A stretch of 64,000 nucleotides of DNA from Candidatus Hydrogenedentota bacterium (GCA_963668025.2 CAXXTH010000010.1:928001-992000), one strand, 5' to 3'. Shown: positions 19,853 to 30,815, numbered from the stretch's first letter. The notes: a model not told the origin generated them from the sequence alone. A program made the numbers and translations.

Positions 19853-21117
19853 AATTCAGCCATCCCCCTTGCCGCGAGGCCTACGGCCACCATGAATTGG
19901 GCGGGCATTTTGCTCATAGGCTCGATGGCGTCTTCACGCCCGAGGAATAGGGCGCTGTCGGCGGGATCAGCGACCTCGACATGTTCGAGGGCGAGTTCCT
20001 CTCGAAGTGTATTGCGCAGCACGGTGAGATGGGCTGCGCCGCCGCTCAAGAGTATGCGGTCCACTGGGCGCTCGTATAGTTGTTGTTCGTAATAGTCAAA
20101 CGAACGCCGGATTTCGCCCACGAGGCGGGCTAAGGGCGCATGCAAAATGGAGTCAAGGCTTTGCTCCACTCCCGCCCCCGCGCCTCCGATCTGAGGCGCT
20201 AATGGCGCTGGCGTGGCGGGCGACACGCTCAATTCTTCATCTAGGGGATCGAGCGGGCTGCCGCCCAAGTCCTCGAGTTCGCTTTTGGGGGAGGAAGCGG
20301 TTTTTCCGAACCCTTCCATGAGGCCGCCGCTTCTCAAGGAATGGGGCTCTTCGATGGGGTGTTGCGCCTCAGGCATGGCGGGGGGTGTGGAATGCCCCAT
20401 ATCGCGCAGTAATTGTTCGGCGACGGCGGTATCGCATCGGCGGGCTTTGCCAATGGCCTGCGTCATTTCCCGCGCACCCCAGTTCACATCGCGGTAGAAA
20501 TTAGATAGGCCGTCTTTTACGAAATGCACGATGGTGGATGAGGCCCCGATGTCGATTAAGGCGACGGTCTCGCCTATCCGAAGAAAATCGCAGCTTTCCG
20601 CGGCGTCGGCCAGCGCTAGGGAATCCACTCCAAGGATATTAAAATGAATATCAGCGGCTTCGCCTATTTGAAGCCGTGAATCGATGAGTTCATGCTTGGC
20701 CGCCACTAAGAGCACTTTTGCGACTGCTTCCGTGCCTTCAATGCCTCGGTCCAGCACGGTCCAATCGAGGAAGACTTCTGACAGTTCATAGGGAAGATTC
20801 TGGCTGGCTTCGCGTTCAATGGCTCGCTGTAGTTCCGTATCCGTGGCGTCGGGCAGCCGGGGATACCGTATCACTACGGCTTGGCCGGGAAGCGCTCCGA
20901 CGAAGATGCTTCCCCCTAACGCAGTGCGCCGTAACGCCTCGCGCACCGCGCTGGACTGGGCTTCGATAGGGTCTGTGTTAAGGCGGTTGGAGTCAATAAG
21001 GGCATATCCCGCGCTGTCGATGCGCAGTTTGCCTCCGGCTTTAGACATTTGCACGGTTTTGACGGAATACGTGCCGATGTCAACGCCTACTGCTCTGCTT
21101 GGTTTAGAGAACAACAC
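19849..21117 (-). CDS. pilM: Type IV pilus assembly protein PilM
   Basis: VGVDIGTYSVK, LIDIGASST, EIRRSFDYY, LSGGAA, AVGLAAR; start probably GTG at 21117 (ORF track extends to 21180). Confidence 0.9.
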   Translation of the reverse strand: MLFSKPSRAVGVDIGTYSVKTVQMSKAGGKLRIDSAGYALIDSNRLNTDPIEAQSSAVREALRRTALGGSIFVGALPGQAVVIRYPRLPDATDTELQRAIEREASQNLPYELSEVFLDWTVLDRGIEGTEAVAKVLLVAAKHELIDSRLQIGEAADIHFNILGVDSLALADAAESCDFLRIGETVALIDIGASSTIVHFVKDGLSNFYRDVNWGAREMTQAIGKARRCDTAVAEQLLRDMGHSTPPAMPEAQHPIEEPHSLRSGGLMEGFGKTASSPKSELEDLGGSPLDPLDEELSVSPATPAPLAPQIGGAGAGVEQSLDSILHAPLARLVGEIRRSFDYYEQQLYERPVDRILLSGGAAHLTVLRNTLREELALEHVEVADPADSALFLGREDAIEPMSKMPAQFMVAVGLAARGMAEL

Positions 21118-21228
21118 AGCCTGCCACTCCGCCCCCCCAGTTTGCTTTGAACCCGCGCGGCGGATATTGGCCCCCGGCACGGATTATACCCGGCCTTTCA
21201 GCTCTATTTTACCACAACCCTTATACGT

Positions 21229-21257
21229 AGAGTACCAAAAATACAAGTGTTTGTCAA
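21229..21257 (-). promoter_or_regulatory. Sigma70-type promoter for pilMNOPQ
   Basis: Minus strand TTGACA-17 nt-TACTCT upstream of pilM. Confidence 0.6.
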
Positions 21258-21643
21258 CACTTTAATCCACTTTTATGTGCCGGTAGGGCATGAGGTCCGC
21301 GTTGTCCATGAGATTCCCCATTAAGAAGTTAGGAAGCTCAACTGCTTGGAAGCATGCCGCATCTGTGCTCAAAATAATGATGTTGGATGTAATAAACAGT
21401 TGACGCGACCCAAGCTTTCCCCTCTAGCCCTCCATGGGGGGCTATTGATCCTAAGAGTACACGAAAAATGCGCGAAATGCCAACACTTTTCTGCAATATC
21501 TCCGATGAAGATGGGCAAACGCCTTATCGAATGGCGATAAAGAACCGATTACATGAAATGGAGAGGCGGTTGTTGTATTGACGGGTTTGGCTGTCAGCAG
21601 ATATCCCGCGCGGCATGGCCTCGGCCAACGATCCGGATTTTGA

Positions 21644-21673
21644 GACCACCAAATACACTAAATACACTAAAAT
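21644..21673 (+). repeat. 9-bp-period repeat GACCACC-(AAATACACT)2-AAAAT, copy 2
   Basis: Matches 2425-2453. Confidence 0.75.
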
Positions 21674-21680
21674 TTCGAGG

Positions 21681-21703
21681 GTAGGGTGGGGCTGGCCCCA
21701 CCG
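21681..21703 (+). repeat. GTAG-type REP-like palindrome, copy 2
   Basis: GTAGGGTGGGGCTGGCCCCACCG; matches 2558-2580. Confidence 0.8.
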
Positions 21704-21819
21704 TTCAACGGATACATCCACCAAAAAAACTATGCAAAAACCGTAGGACCTAACAAGTTAAAATACAATGGTTTACAGAGAAAATCCTCGCAAAAAAACA
21801 CTATTTTAACAGATAGTAG

Positions 21820-21851
21820 CGCGGAATAGGCCCGAGCGGGCCTATTCCGCG
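21820..21851. terminator. Perfect 15-bp inverted repeat downstream of the SSS gene
   Basis: CGCGGAATAGGCCCG-AG-CGGGCCTATTCCGCG. Confidence 0.6.
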
Positions 21852-21857
21852 TGATGT

Positions 21858-23489
21858 TTACCAGAAGATGATGTAGAGAATAACGGTGGCGAGGATTACG
21901 CCGCCGCCCATCACAAAACGATAGGGGCATGGAGTGATGTCTAGGCTCGATACCGGCATTTCAATCGGTTTCAGAAGAGGCCGTTTATAAGTGACAACCA
22001 GCATTAAGGCCACCAGCACGAGGAACACAAGGCCCATATGGTGCAGGAAAGCCCAGTCATTAAATTTAACCAGGTCAGGCGACGGAATCAGCTTGCCTCC
22101 GAAGCGGCATATGCCATATAGCGGCACACCAAGCAGTAATGCGCTTTTGGCCGCTATAGCTGGCGTGCGTTTCACGAGAATTCCTACGATAAACGCCGCC
22201 ACGATGCCGGGTGAGATGAAGCCCCAGATTTCTTGGATGTAAGTGTATACACCTTCGAATCGAGATATGATAGGGGCCCACAGGCACGCAATAACCACGA
22301 ATACGGCGGTTGATATGCGCCCCACGAAAACTTCCTTTTGTGGTGTCATGTTTTTATTGACAAATTTTGCGTAGATGTCGATAGTGAAAATGGTTGATGC
22401 GGAATTTAAGCCTGCGGTGAATGTGCTCATCACAGCGCCGCATAGGGCTGCGAACATGACGCCGCGCAACTCTGGGGGCAGTAGCGTGCGTATCATGTAG
22501 GGATACGCTTTATCGCCTTTGTCAATCACATCGCTATATAGTTGATAAGCGATAATTCCAGGTATCACGATGATAAATGGAATGCACAGCTTGATGAATG
22601 CCGCGAACATGATGCCCCGCTGGCCTTCCGCCAAGTTTTTCGCGCCTAATACCCGTTGGGTGATGAATTGGTTTAGCCCCCAGTAAAAGATGTTTGGAAT
22701 CCATAATCCTCCGATAAACACGGCTATCCATGGCACATCGGGATCGTTCCAAGGTAAAATAGTGTGGAGCTTTGCTTCATTGTGCTCCATCATGTTTTGC
22801 CAGCCGGTAATGAGGTTTCCTTCACCGAGTGCGCATAATCCTATAATGGAAACAAGGGCGCCGCCGAGGAGCAGCGCGCCGCCCTGGAGCAGATCGGACC
22901 AAACCACGGCCTTGAGTCCGCCGTAGATGGTGTAACTGCCCGCGACAATTCCTATGAGCCAGATGCCGGTTACATTCGCCCAAAAGTCCGCTTGTTCTGG
23001 CAGCATGTTAAAGTGATCTTGGAAAGCCTGTGGTATGTTGAAAATGGCGTTCATGGCAATAGAGCCGCTGTAGAGCACGGTGGAGAGGAGCACGATGATG
23101 TATGCCGCCATGATGTAGATCGCCATGATGGAACGCGTAGAGGAATCGTATCGATATTCTAGAAACTCGGGCATGGTGTAGATGCCCGCTTTCAAAAATT
23201 TGGGTAATAGCCATATCGCCACGATGACAAGGGTGATCGCCGCCATCCATTCATAGCTGGCAATTGCAAGGCCGACTCGCCCATAGGCGGAGCCCGCCAT
23301 GCCCACGAAATGTTCTGTCGAGATGTTTGATGCGATGAGGGAAAAACCGATTAGCCACCAGTTAAGCTTGCGTCCAGCGAGGAAATAATCTTCCGAAGAA
23401 TTCTCTTTGCGGCCCGCGTAAAGAGAAACAGCCAGGACAGTTCCCATAAAGGCTATAAAAACTACTGCGTCGATCCAGTTTAATTCCAT
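21858..23489 (-). CDS. Sodium:solute symporter (SSS/SLC5, sugar type)
   Basis: DYFLAGR, SLIASNISTEHFVGMAG, YTMPEFLEYRY, GGLKAVVWSD, NQFITQRVLGAK; polytopic. Confidence 0.93.
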   Translation of the reverse strand: MELNWIDAVVFIAFMGTVLAVSLYAGRKENSSEDYFLAGRKLNWWLIGFSLIASNISTEHFVGMAGSAYGRVGLAIASYEWMAAITLVIVAIWLLPKFLKAGIYTMPEFLEYRYDSSTRSIMAIYIMAAYIIVLLSTVLYSGSIAMNAIFNIPQAFQDHFNMLPEQADFWANVTGIWLIGIVAGSYTIYGGLKAVVWSDLLQGGALLLGGALVSIIGLCALGEGNLITGWQNMMEHNEAKLHTILPWNDPDVPWIAVFIGGLWIPNIFYWGLNQFITQRVLGAKNLAEGQRGIMFAAFIKLCIPFIIVIPGIIAYQLYSDVIDKGDKAYPYMIRTLLPPELRGVMFAALCGAVMSTFTAGLNSASTIFTIDIYAKFVNKNMTPQKEVFVGRISTAVFVVIACLWAPIISRFEGVYTYIQEIWGFISPGIVAAFIVGILVKRTPAIAAKSALLLGVPLYGICRFGGKLIPSPDLVKFNDWAFLHHMGLVFLVLVALMLVVTYKRPLLKPIEMPVSSLDITPCPYRFVMGGGVILATVILYIIFW

Positions 23490-23812
23490 CGTATTTGGCT
23501 CCTTTTTGACTGTAGAACGAGGTATCTCCCATTATTGCCCATGGTTTTTGCATGCGTATTTCGGCGTCATATGAGGTGAAGTCTCTTCGATAGAGTCCTT
23601 ATATGTCAACAGATTTATTGCCGTTTCCCGGCAGAGACTGAAGAACCCCCGAGCTTTAACTAGAGTACAGCGGCGGGGCGTACCGCGCTTGGGTATAAAT
23701 GTGAATAATTTGTATGATTCCCCGCTTATTTAAAATAGCTTTTGGGAACTGGCGCATCGGCGGATGTGTCGCCCGTGGCACATGATTTTCGTCTCAGATA
23801 ATGTGTTTTTGG

Positions 23813-23851
23813 GGGCATAGCGGCATGGCTTTTATCCATGCCGCTATGCCC
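23813..23851. terminator. 16-bp perfect stem-loop between GH127 and SSS genes
   Basis: GGGCATAGCGGCATGG-7 nt-CCATGCCGCTATGCCC; no U-tract on the coding strand, so may be an mRNA stabiliser. Confidence 0.5.
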
Positions 23852-23863
23852 TTACCGACGTCT

Positions 23864-26206
23864 TTACTCTACTTTCATATAGGAGTTTAGCACTGGCCGG
23901 TGCTTGATCAGCGAATATCCCAAATCGGCCAGGTAATTGAATCGCGCGGGAGCTTCCCCTTTTTCTGTCTTATAGCATAGAGAGGCCACTTTCGGGTCCG
24001 TTCCAGACTCGGGCGTTTCTTTCAATTGAATCGTGCCCCAATCCCAGGGAAGCCCGGCTGTGGTGTCGTCAGACAGATCGCTTAAGTAAACGATCGTTCC
24101 ATCCGCCTTGACCAAGCGGGCATTGCCCCAATCGCCATAATCACATTCTTGCCCATTGACGCCGTCCGCCACGCAAAGCCGCAATACTTGCGCGCCTTCC
24201 ACGCTGACTTGGATCGTTTTGGCTTCATCTTTGCCGGTCATCGCCGATGTTTGGAATCCGTACAACGCCTCGACCATTGTGGAATCGTTTGCGCTGATGC
24301 TCGTTTTCACCACATCCCCAGCGCGCACCGCGCCATCGACACAAACCTTGAATGTGACCGCGCCTTTGCCTTCGGAAGCCGCGTCCACGCCGATGTCGGT
24401 GATGAACTCTTTAAATTCACCGCCTAGCGCATACACGATTTCACTCATGGCATGCACGCCCAGGCCTTTCTCGTATTTTTTCTCTCCGATTTGGAGGGGA
24501 GTTCCTTTGACGGATTTATCGAGCTGATGGTTTTCATACGCATGATACGCATACCGCAGTGCAGGCCGGGCTTGTTGCGCTTTCCACAGATCTAGGTTCA
24601 ACTCTTCGTTGAAGACCAATTGGCGCGGGCCTTTCCAGAGGCTGGCGCGGCTGTAATCCGTCTGTGCATCATTGCCGATGAATTCATTGCGTTTTTCGGT
24701 GCGCAACGGCATGGCCAGTTCCACGGCAACCTGATCCCCCGCCGTCCAGGAACGCTCCAGCACCAAATATCCGCCTTCAATTTTCGGAGAGGCTATTTTC
24801 TCGCCATTAATGGCTGCGTCTATTACTTGGCTCCATCCGGGTACGCGCACCTTGAGCGCAAAGTCCTTTGCTTGCGCTTCTTTGATGGCAATTGCCAGCT
24901 TGCCATCCGACGGATATTGCGTCTCGACGTCCAGCTTGACTACGCCGCCGTTGAGCGCAAGCTCGGTCTCTGCTGGATAATAAAGATTCATGTAAACATC
25001 TTGGCCATCCGTCGAGGCGATATATTGAGTGATTTCGGTAAGGATTGTCGTGCCATACATGGCGCAGCAGAATGGCCACGGCGAACCTTCGCGTATGAAA
25101 TCCACGCCGCGTTCACCACAGAAACCGCCCGTTTCATCCTGATCGTATAGCAGATGGTTGAGCGCGACACGTTCGGCCATGTCCATGTATTTGGTGTCTT
25201 TAGTCACACGCCAAAGGGCCAAGTTGAGGCCCAGCCAGTCACAAACACTGCATCCCTCGTCATACCAATAACAGGCAGTGAATGTCGCCGGATCGCCCAA
25301 ATGCTCGATGATGCCGCCGCCAGGCCACATCACGTGTTCGGCGAAAAACTGGTATTGCTCGAGCACTTTATTCATGAGGTCTTCATGCCCGCCCGCTAAC
25401 TCGCAAACTTGGACGGCCCCGCGTAACGACAGCAGGTACGAATGGGTATGCTGGCTGATTTTGTTGACCGGAGGCACCGTTTCGGAGATTTTTGCGGCCA
25501 TATCGAGGTATTTGACTTCATTAGTGTCCCGGTATAATTCCGCCAGCGCATCATTATTCACCCACCAAAAGGTTCCGGATGTCATGCCCGGCAGCTCTAT
25601 ATCTGGAAAGTATTGCTTTATGACGAAATCGCCTGTCAGTTTGGCTGGTTCACGAAACTTGGATTGCTCCCCTTCATACCGGCTTGCCCATACCAAGCCA
25701 GTGAGCCCACGGGCGATACCAAACCAGAAACCGACATATTTATTGGATAAATCACTCACGCCCACGCCTGTCAAACCCACATCGCCGCCAACCGGCTCGC
25801 CATTGGGAAACGAGCCATCGGGATCTTGATGCGCCAGCAATCCATACCCGATTTCATCGTAGCGGGGCGATGTTTGGCAGCCTAAGGCCATCGAGGTGCG
25901 CGCATATGACTCCAAAGTGCGGCCCGGCCAGTCCGCCCCCCACATCCCTACGGCATGCCCTGGAAGCAGCTTGTGGCGAAATCCATTCCACATGTCTTCC
26001 CTGCTGGCTTGGTCTAAATATTTAACGCCGAGTTTCATGCGCTCGGCAAGGTCGCCCCGCACGCGCACTTTGTCAAGAGAGGTGATTTTTACTTTGTTTG
26101 TAGCCGGTGTTTCCTGCGCCAAAGACGGGATTGTAAACGATATACATAACAAAAATGCCGCAATCAATCCAGGAAATCGTTTGGAACATTTGTAATGAGT
26201 AGCCAT
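23864..26206 (-). CDS. Secreted GH127/GH146-like (beta-L-arabinofuranosidase fold) hydrolase with NPCBM/NEW2 domain
   Basis: Signal peptide; DEGCS and WPFCC Zn/Cys motifs, YMDMAERVALN, ETQYPSDG, RVPGW; KGLGVHA...GVD...DYGDWGNARL NPCBM. Confidence 0.8.
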   Translation of the reverse strand: MATHYKCSKRFPGLIAAFLLCISFTIPSLAQETPATNKVKITSLDKVRVRGDLAERMKLGVKYLDQASREDMWNGFRHKLLPGHAVGMWGADWPGRTLESYARTSMALGCQTSPRYDEIGYGLLAHQDPDGSFPNGEPVGGDVGLTGVGVSDLSNKYVGFWFGIARGLTGLVWASRYEGEQSKFREPAKLTGDFVIKQYFPDIELPGMTSGTFWWVNNDALAELYRDTNEVKYLDMAAKISETVPPVNKISQHTHSYLLSLRGAVQVCELAGGHEDLMNKVLEQYQFFAEHVMWPGGGIIEHLGDPATFTACYWYDEGCSVCDWLGLNLALWRVTKDTKYMDMAERVALNHLLYDQDETGGFCGERGVDFIREGSPWPFCCAMYGTTILTEITQYIASTDGQDVYMNLYYPAETELALNGGVVKLDVETQYPSDGKLAIAIKEAQAKDFALKVRVPGWSQVIDAAINGEKIASPKIEGGYLVLERSWTAGDQVAVELAMPLRTEKRNEFIGNDAQTDYSRASLWKGPRQLVFNEELNLDLWKAQQARPALRYAYHAYENHQLDKSVKGTPLQIGEKKYEKGLGVHAMSEIVYALGGEFKEFITDIGVDAASEGKGAVTFKVCVDGAVRAGDVVKTSISANDSTMVEALYGFQTSAMTGKDEAKTIQVSVEGAQVLRLCVADGVNGQECDYGDWGNARLVKADGTIVYLSDLSDDTTAGLPWDWGTIQLKETPESGTDPKVASLCYKTEKGEAPARFNYLADLGYSLIKHRPVLNSYMKVE

Positions 26207-27193
26207 GGAAATATCTCCTGATGGTTTTGCTCAAATAGGATACGTGTGAACAGTATTTGCCCTATGCCAGCACCTGAAAATAATGGATTCACTGTTTTTA
26301 AATTATCGTTCGGACGCATTATAAGTGAATGGTGTGTATTTCGGGCTTTGGCTGGATTGTTTACAACGGCCCTCCCTTTTTTTACTCAAAGCAGGCGCTC
26401 CTGAACAAATGCGCTCTGAACAGGCCCCAATAGTGTATACTCAGTATACTTCAATGCAGCCGGGAGCACAAGCACTTTTTATCCTCTACGTCAATTATGG
26501 TATTCATAGGCTCCAATTGGGATACTCAAGACTACTGGCTGTATTTCTGCTGGGGCGAGATATTTGATTTGGTAAAACCTCGTAATTGGGTTGCCGGGCG
26601 AGTCTTTTTCGATCTGCAAATAACGAAAAGTGGAGTGCATGCGTATGTTCATGTGTGATCTATCTCATAACAGACTGAAGTACAATATGTTACAAGCGAA
26701 TTTGTAGAGAGCGGCCTTTGAAAGTGATAGTATGGATGGTGGTGACTAATTTGGGTGCGTATTAGGGCCAAATATGGTATATATAAAGAAGGAACACTTT
26801 GGGGCTTCGGATGGAGCATAAATGGGTAATACTCTTGCAACCGCTTATAAATAAATTGTTTACAAGTATGTTATGTCGAATATATATGATTAGACATTCG
26901 TGCAACAGTCAGGCGGCGCCAGAGGCTTGCGGCGAGGGTTGGATGGCATATGGAGCAGGCCGTCGGCTTTATGGGAGCAGGTTGACAATGCCTATCCATA
27001 ATCTACATAATAGGTTAAGCGAGCGGAGTCGTGTAGGAAGCCGGGTGTGTGGCTTTCTCATAATCCCGGCTTTATGTGTTGAGGGCCTTGCTGGAGAATA
27101 TATAGATATGCTAAGTATACATAGGGAATATAGCAATGGCAATGGCGTCCGGCTTGCTAACAAAGGCGAATAGCCTGGAATTGATCTCCTGAG

Positions 27194-28303
27194 ATGATTC
27201 AAGCATCAGATATCGTTGTGGATCGAGATTCGAATGAACCGCTTTACCAGCAGATTAAGAACTGCATTGTAGAGAATATTCGAAATGGCAAATGGCGGCC
27301 AAACGAGAAATTGCCTTCCTATAAAGATTTGGTTGAAGGGACGTGTGTCAGCCTAATCACCATTCAATTATCCGTGGGAGCCCTTGTAAAGGAGGGGGTG
27401 CTTTGCCGCAAGCGGGGCGTAGGCGTGTTTACGGCGCCGCCAGCGGCCATCACGCACACGAATGAGATTGGGTTGTTGCTGCCTGATTTGCGGCATCCAT
27501 TCTTTTCGAGCCTTGCCCATTTGGTGCAGACATACGGAGCCAGGCATAAGCATACGGTAGCGATTTTTTCTTTGAGCGGTTCGCAAGAAGAGATGGTGCA
27601 TACGGCGGATTTGCTGGAGCATCAGACGTGGGACGGCATCATCACCAGCCATGCGATTGTGGAGCGGCTTCCTTCACAGTTTTTTACGTTGAATGAACAG
27701 TGCAAGCCGATTGTGTTTGTCGATGGCAGTGCGCCGGACGGCGGATATGATTATGTGGAAACGGATAATGAAATCGCCATGGACCAGGTATTGTCGTATC
27801 TGACAAGCCTGGGACACCAGCGCATTGGCTTCGCGGCGGGGCCATTGACGAAGGGGGTCCGGGAGCGGATAGGGTGTTTTCGCGCCGCGCTGGTGCGCCA
27901 TGGCTTGCTGGATACGACCACTTTGCTGCAAATTGGCGCGGAGCTGGATGAGCAGGCTGGCGAGCATGCGGGCAACACCCTATTGTCATTGAGAGAACCG
28001 CCGACCGCGATCGTCTGTGCGAACGACGTGGTGGCGGCAGGAGTGATCAATGCCAGCAAGGCATTAGGAATGTCTTGTCCCCGGGATGTGTCCGTGGTGG
28101 GATTTGACGATATCCTTGTCGCGCGTCATTTGGATCCGCCGCTGACTACCGTGCATCAGCCGCTGGAAGCGATTGCGGAATCGGCCGTAAACCTATTATT
28201 AGAGCGTATTCAATGGGGCAGTGAAGACGAGCATCCGCCCAGGGCGGTGTTGCTGCCGCCAAAATTGGTCATTAGAGAAAGTGTCGCGGCTCCCAGTAAA
28301 TAG
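27194..28303 (+). CDS. GntR-HTH/LacI-type sensor hybrid regulator (AraR-like)
   Basis: PLYQQIK...KLPS...GVGVF wHTH; LGHQRIG, PTAIVCAND, DVSVVGFDD, PPLTTVHQP. Confidence 0.92.
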   Translation: MIQASDIVVDRDSNEPLYQQIKNCIVENIRNGKWRPNEKLPSYKDLVEGTCVSLITIQLSVGALVKEGVLCRKRGVGVFTAPPAAITHTNEIGLLLPDLRHPFFSSLAHLVQTYGARHKHTVAIFSLSGSQEEMVHTADLLEHQTWDGIITSHAIVERLPSQFFTLNEQCKPIVFVDGSAPDGGYDYVETDNEIAMDQVLSYLTSLGHQRIGFAAGPLTKGVRERIGCFRAALVRHGLLDTTTLLQIGAELDEQAGEHAGNTLLSLREPPTAIVCANDVVAAGVINASKALGMSCPRDVSVVGFDDILVARHLDPPLTTVHQPLEAIAESAVNLLLERIQWGSEDEHPPRAVLLPPKLVIRESVAAPSK

Positions 28304-28486
28304 GTCTAAATTATTTATTTAAATAGACTTAAGTGAATTATCTCCTTTTGGGCGATTGTATGCCGATATGATATAATCTCCCGCTTCGGGCTGGCCCCAT
28401 TCACACCTCGCATCGAATTCGTAACTTATACATGCCTTTTAGCGGATTTTCTTTTCTTTTATACGAATGAACCGGTGAAAAAGGTC

Positions 28487-28519
28487 TTGACAAATTAGTC
28501 TATATGTACTATATATAGA
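28487..28519 (+). promoter_or_regulatory. Promoter with overlapping palindromic operator candidate
   Basis: TTGACA at 28487-28492, then near-palindrome TCTATATGTACTATATATAGA (28499-28519) covering the -10 region. Confidence 0.55.
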
Positions 28520-28601
28520 GTCGGCGCTGGAAGTTGTGTCCGAAATGGGTTGCCGGGTAAGCCGTAGAAGCGTCCCCGATACGTATAGAGGAGATTTTTG
28601 A

Positions 28602-29477
28602 GTGAAATTCGGATTACATCTTTATGTATATGTGCGCGAGATGACGAACGCCACATGGGATATCCTGCCCAGGATCAAAGCATTGGGGTATGACGGCTGT
28701 GAAGTGCCATTGATGCCGGAGGAGCTGGACCATTTCGACTATGCTTTGGCTCTGGCGAAGCTGGAAGAGGCGGGCATGCTGGCAGTTGGCAGCACGGGGA
28801 TGACGCCGGACCTGTGCATTGCATCCGATGATGCGGCCGTGCGGGCGCGCGGCATGGCGCACATGAAGCACGCCATTGATTGCACGGCGGCGCTGGGCGC
28901 AACGGTCATCTCGGGAGCGTTGTACGCCGCCTTTGGATGGCGGCCCAGCCATGGCCGTACGCAGCAGCAATGGGTGCAGAGCGCGCGCAGTTTGAAAGAG
29001 CTTGCCCGGTATGCGGCTGATCGCAATGTGACGCTGACGCTCGAGGCGCTAAACCGGTACGAGCACTATTTCATCAACACGGTGGAAGATACGCTGAAGA
29101 TGATCACGGACGTGGGCGAGCCCAACGTCAAGGTTCATATGGATACCTATCATATGAACATCGAGGAACGGAATTTTTACCAGGCCGTGCTAAAGGCGGG
29201 GAGCCTGCTCGGCCATGTGCATTGCGCGGACAATGATCGCGGCATTCCTGGCACGGGGCATATTGATTGGAAAGGCTTTTTCAAGGGATTGCATGAGGTC
29301 CACTATGATGAGTGGATTATCGTCGAGTCCTTTTTCGAGCCCATACCTTCGATCGTGGATTTCTCGCCTATTTGGCGGCGGCTTGCGCCGGATGCGGATA
29401 CGCTTGGCCGGGAAGCGCTGCGCTTCATTAAATCGAGCCTTAAACAATATGCGCCTGAGCAGGCAGGAATTTTGTGA
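28602..29477 (+). CDS. D-tagatose/D-psicose 3-epimerase-family sugar epimerase
   Basis: EALNRYE, DTYHMNIEE, HVH..DNDRG.PG.GHIDW, VESF metal/catalytic motifs. Confidence 0.88.
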   Translation: MKFGLHLYVYVREMTNATWDILPRIKALGYDGCEVPLMPEELDHFDYALALAKLEEAGMLAVGSTGMTPDLCIASDDAAVRARGMAHMKHAIDCTAALGATVISGALYAAFGWRPSHGRTQQQWVQSARSLKELARYAADRNVTLTLEALNRYEHYFINTVEDTLKMITDVGEPNVKVHMDTYHMNIEERNFYQAVLKAGSLLGHVHCADNDRGIPGTGHIDWKGFFKGLHEVHYDEWIIVESFFEPIPSIVDFSPIWRRLAPDADTLGREALRFIKSSLKQYAPEQAGIL

Positions 29478-30664
29478 TGTATGTCGTAGCAGCAGGACAT
29501 ATCTGTATTGATATCACCCCGGATCTACAAGGCTGTTCCCGCGTAGATGATCTGCTGGCTCCGGGGGGGCTTGTGGCGGTGGGGCCGGCGAAGTTTGAAA
29601 CGGGCGGGGCCGTGGCGAACACGGGCACGGCGCTCCATGCGCTGGGATTCTCCACGCATTTGGTGTCGAAAGCAGGCCAGGACGCCATGGGCCAGATGCT
29701 TGACACCCTTCTTCAGGCGCATGGGCCCCAGCTTTCTTTGCATATAAAGAAGGCCCAAGGAGAATCGACATCTTATGCCCTAGTCGTGAATGCTCCGGGA
29801 AAAGACCGGTGCTTCTGGGCGCACTTCGGGGCGAATGAGTCTTTCGGATTGGATGACATACCGTGGGATGATTTGCCGGAAGGTGGGATTTTCTATTTTG
29901 GCTATCCGCCGTTGATGCGCCGCGTATGCGCGAATGGCGGTGCTGAATTGAAGGCAATTTTCGATGCCGCACACGCCAGGGGATTCGCCACCGCGCTGGA
30001 TTTTTGTACGCCAGACCCCTCGACGGAAGCAGGGCGCCTGGATTGGCGCGCCCTTCTTGAGAAGGTCTTGCCGTCCGTGGATGTCTTTGTTCCGAGCCTT
30101 CCGGAATTGCTGTTCATGGTGGACCGCCCCCGGTTTGAATCGCTATGCGCTCAAACGGAGGGGCCCGAGATCACCGGGCATATAGACGGAGCGCTGCTGC
30201 ATGAACTGGGCGGGCTGCTGGTGGCAATGGGCAGCGGGATCGTGGGAATCAAGCTGGGGGCGCATGGTTTTTATGCCCGTACGGCATCCCGCACCCGGCT
30301 GGAGAAGATACCTGCTTTGACATTAAACGGCTGGGGCGGTTTTGAATGCTGGGTTCCCTGCTTTGACGTTGAAGTACGTGGAACGAATGGATCGGGCGAC
30401 CGGGCAGTCGCTGGTTTCCTGTCGGCCATGGCGCATGGGCTTGATGTGCTTGCCGCCGCGCGCACGGCTTCGGGAGCTGGCGCGATGCATGTGGAGAATC
30501 CGCATGCGCCCTTCGATTGGGGCAAGCTTCAATCGCGATTGGCGGGCGATTGGGCAGTCCGGCCCTGTGTGCTGCATCTGGAGGGCTGGAGCCCTGCTCC
30601 CGGGCAAATGGGCTGCCTGCTGGGCCCAGCACATGCTGATAACCGCCTAGCCACCGTATCATAA
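29477..30664 (+). CDS. PfkB-family carbohydrate kinase
   Basis: GGAVANTG, GQDAMG, KLGAHG, GTNGSGD...AGFL; TGATG-coupled to the epimerase. Confidence 0.88.
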   Translation: MYVVAAGHICIDITPDLQGCSRVDDLLAPGGLVAVGPAKFETGGAVANTGTALHALGFSTHLVSKAGQDAMGQMLDTLLQAHGPQLSLHIKKAQGESTSYALVVNAPGKDRCFWAHFGANESFGLDDIPWDDLPEGGIFYFGYPPLMRRVCANGGAELKAIFDAAHARGFATALDFCTPDPSTEAGRLDWRALLEKVLPSVDVFVPSLPELLFMVDRPRFESLCAQTEGPEITGHIDGALLHELGGLLVAMGSGIVGIKLGAHGFYARTASRTRLEKIPALTLNGWGGFECWVPCFDVEVRGTNGSGDRAVAGFLSAMAHGLDVLAAARTASGAGAMHVENPHAPFDWGKLQSRLAGDWAVRPCVLHLEGWSPAPGQMGCLLGPAHADNRLATVS

Positions 30665-30815
30665 ATTTGCATCAGGTGTTATGTAGGCGTTCCTTGCCTG
30701 GTTAACTGCTTTCGAGGGAATAGCGGCTAGACAGGAATAAAGGCATTCCGTGCGTGAGGGGCATTTTAAGGTTTGTTGTTATAGCTAGGTAATCGTACCA
30801 AATAGGAGAAAAACA

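Noticed and set aside
23585-23611. dif-like site (…CGATAG…ATATGTCAAC)
   Set aside because: Arms do not fit the XerC/XerD consensus; better explained as a minus-strand TTGACA -35 for the SSS gene
26854-26881. dif-like TTATGTCGAAT half-site
   Set aside because: No matching XerC arm ending in ATAA at 6-bp spacing
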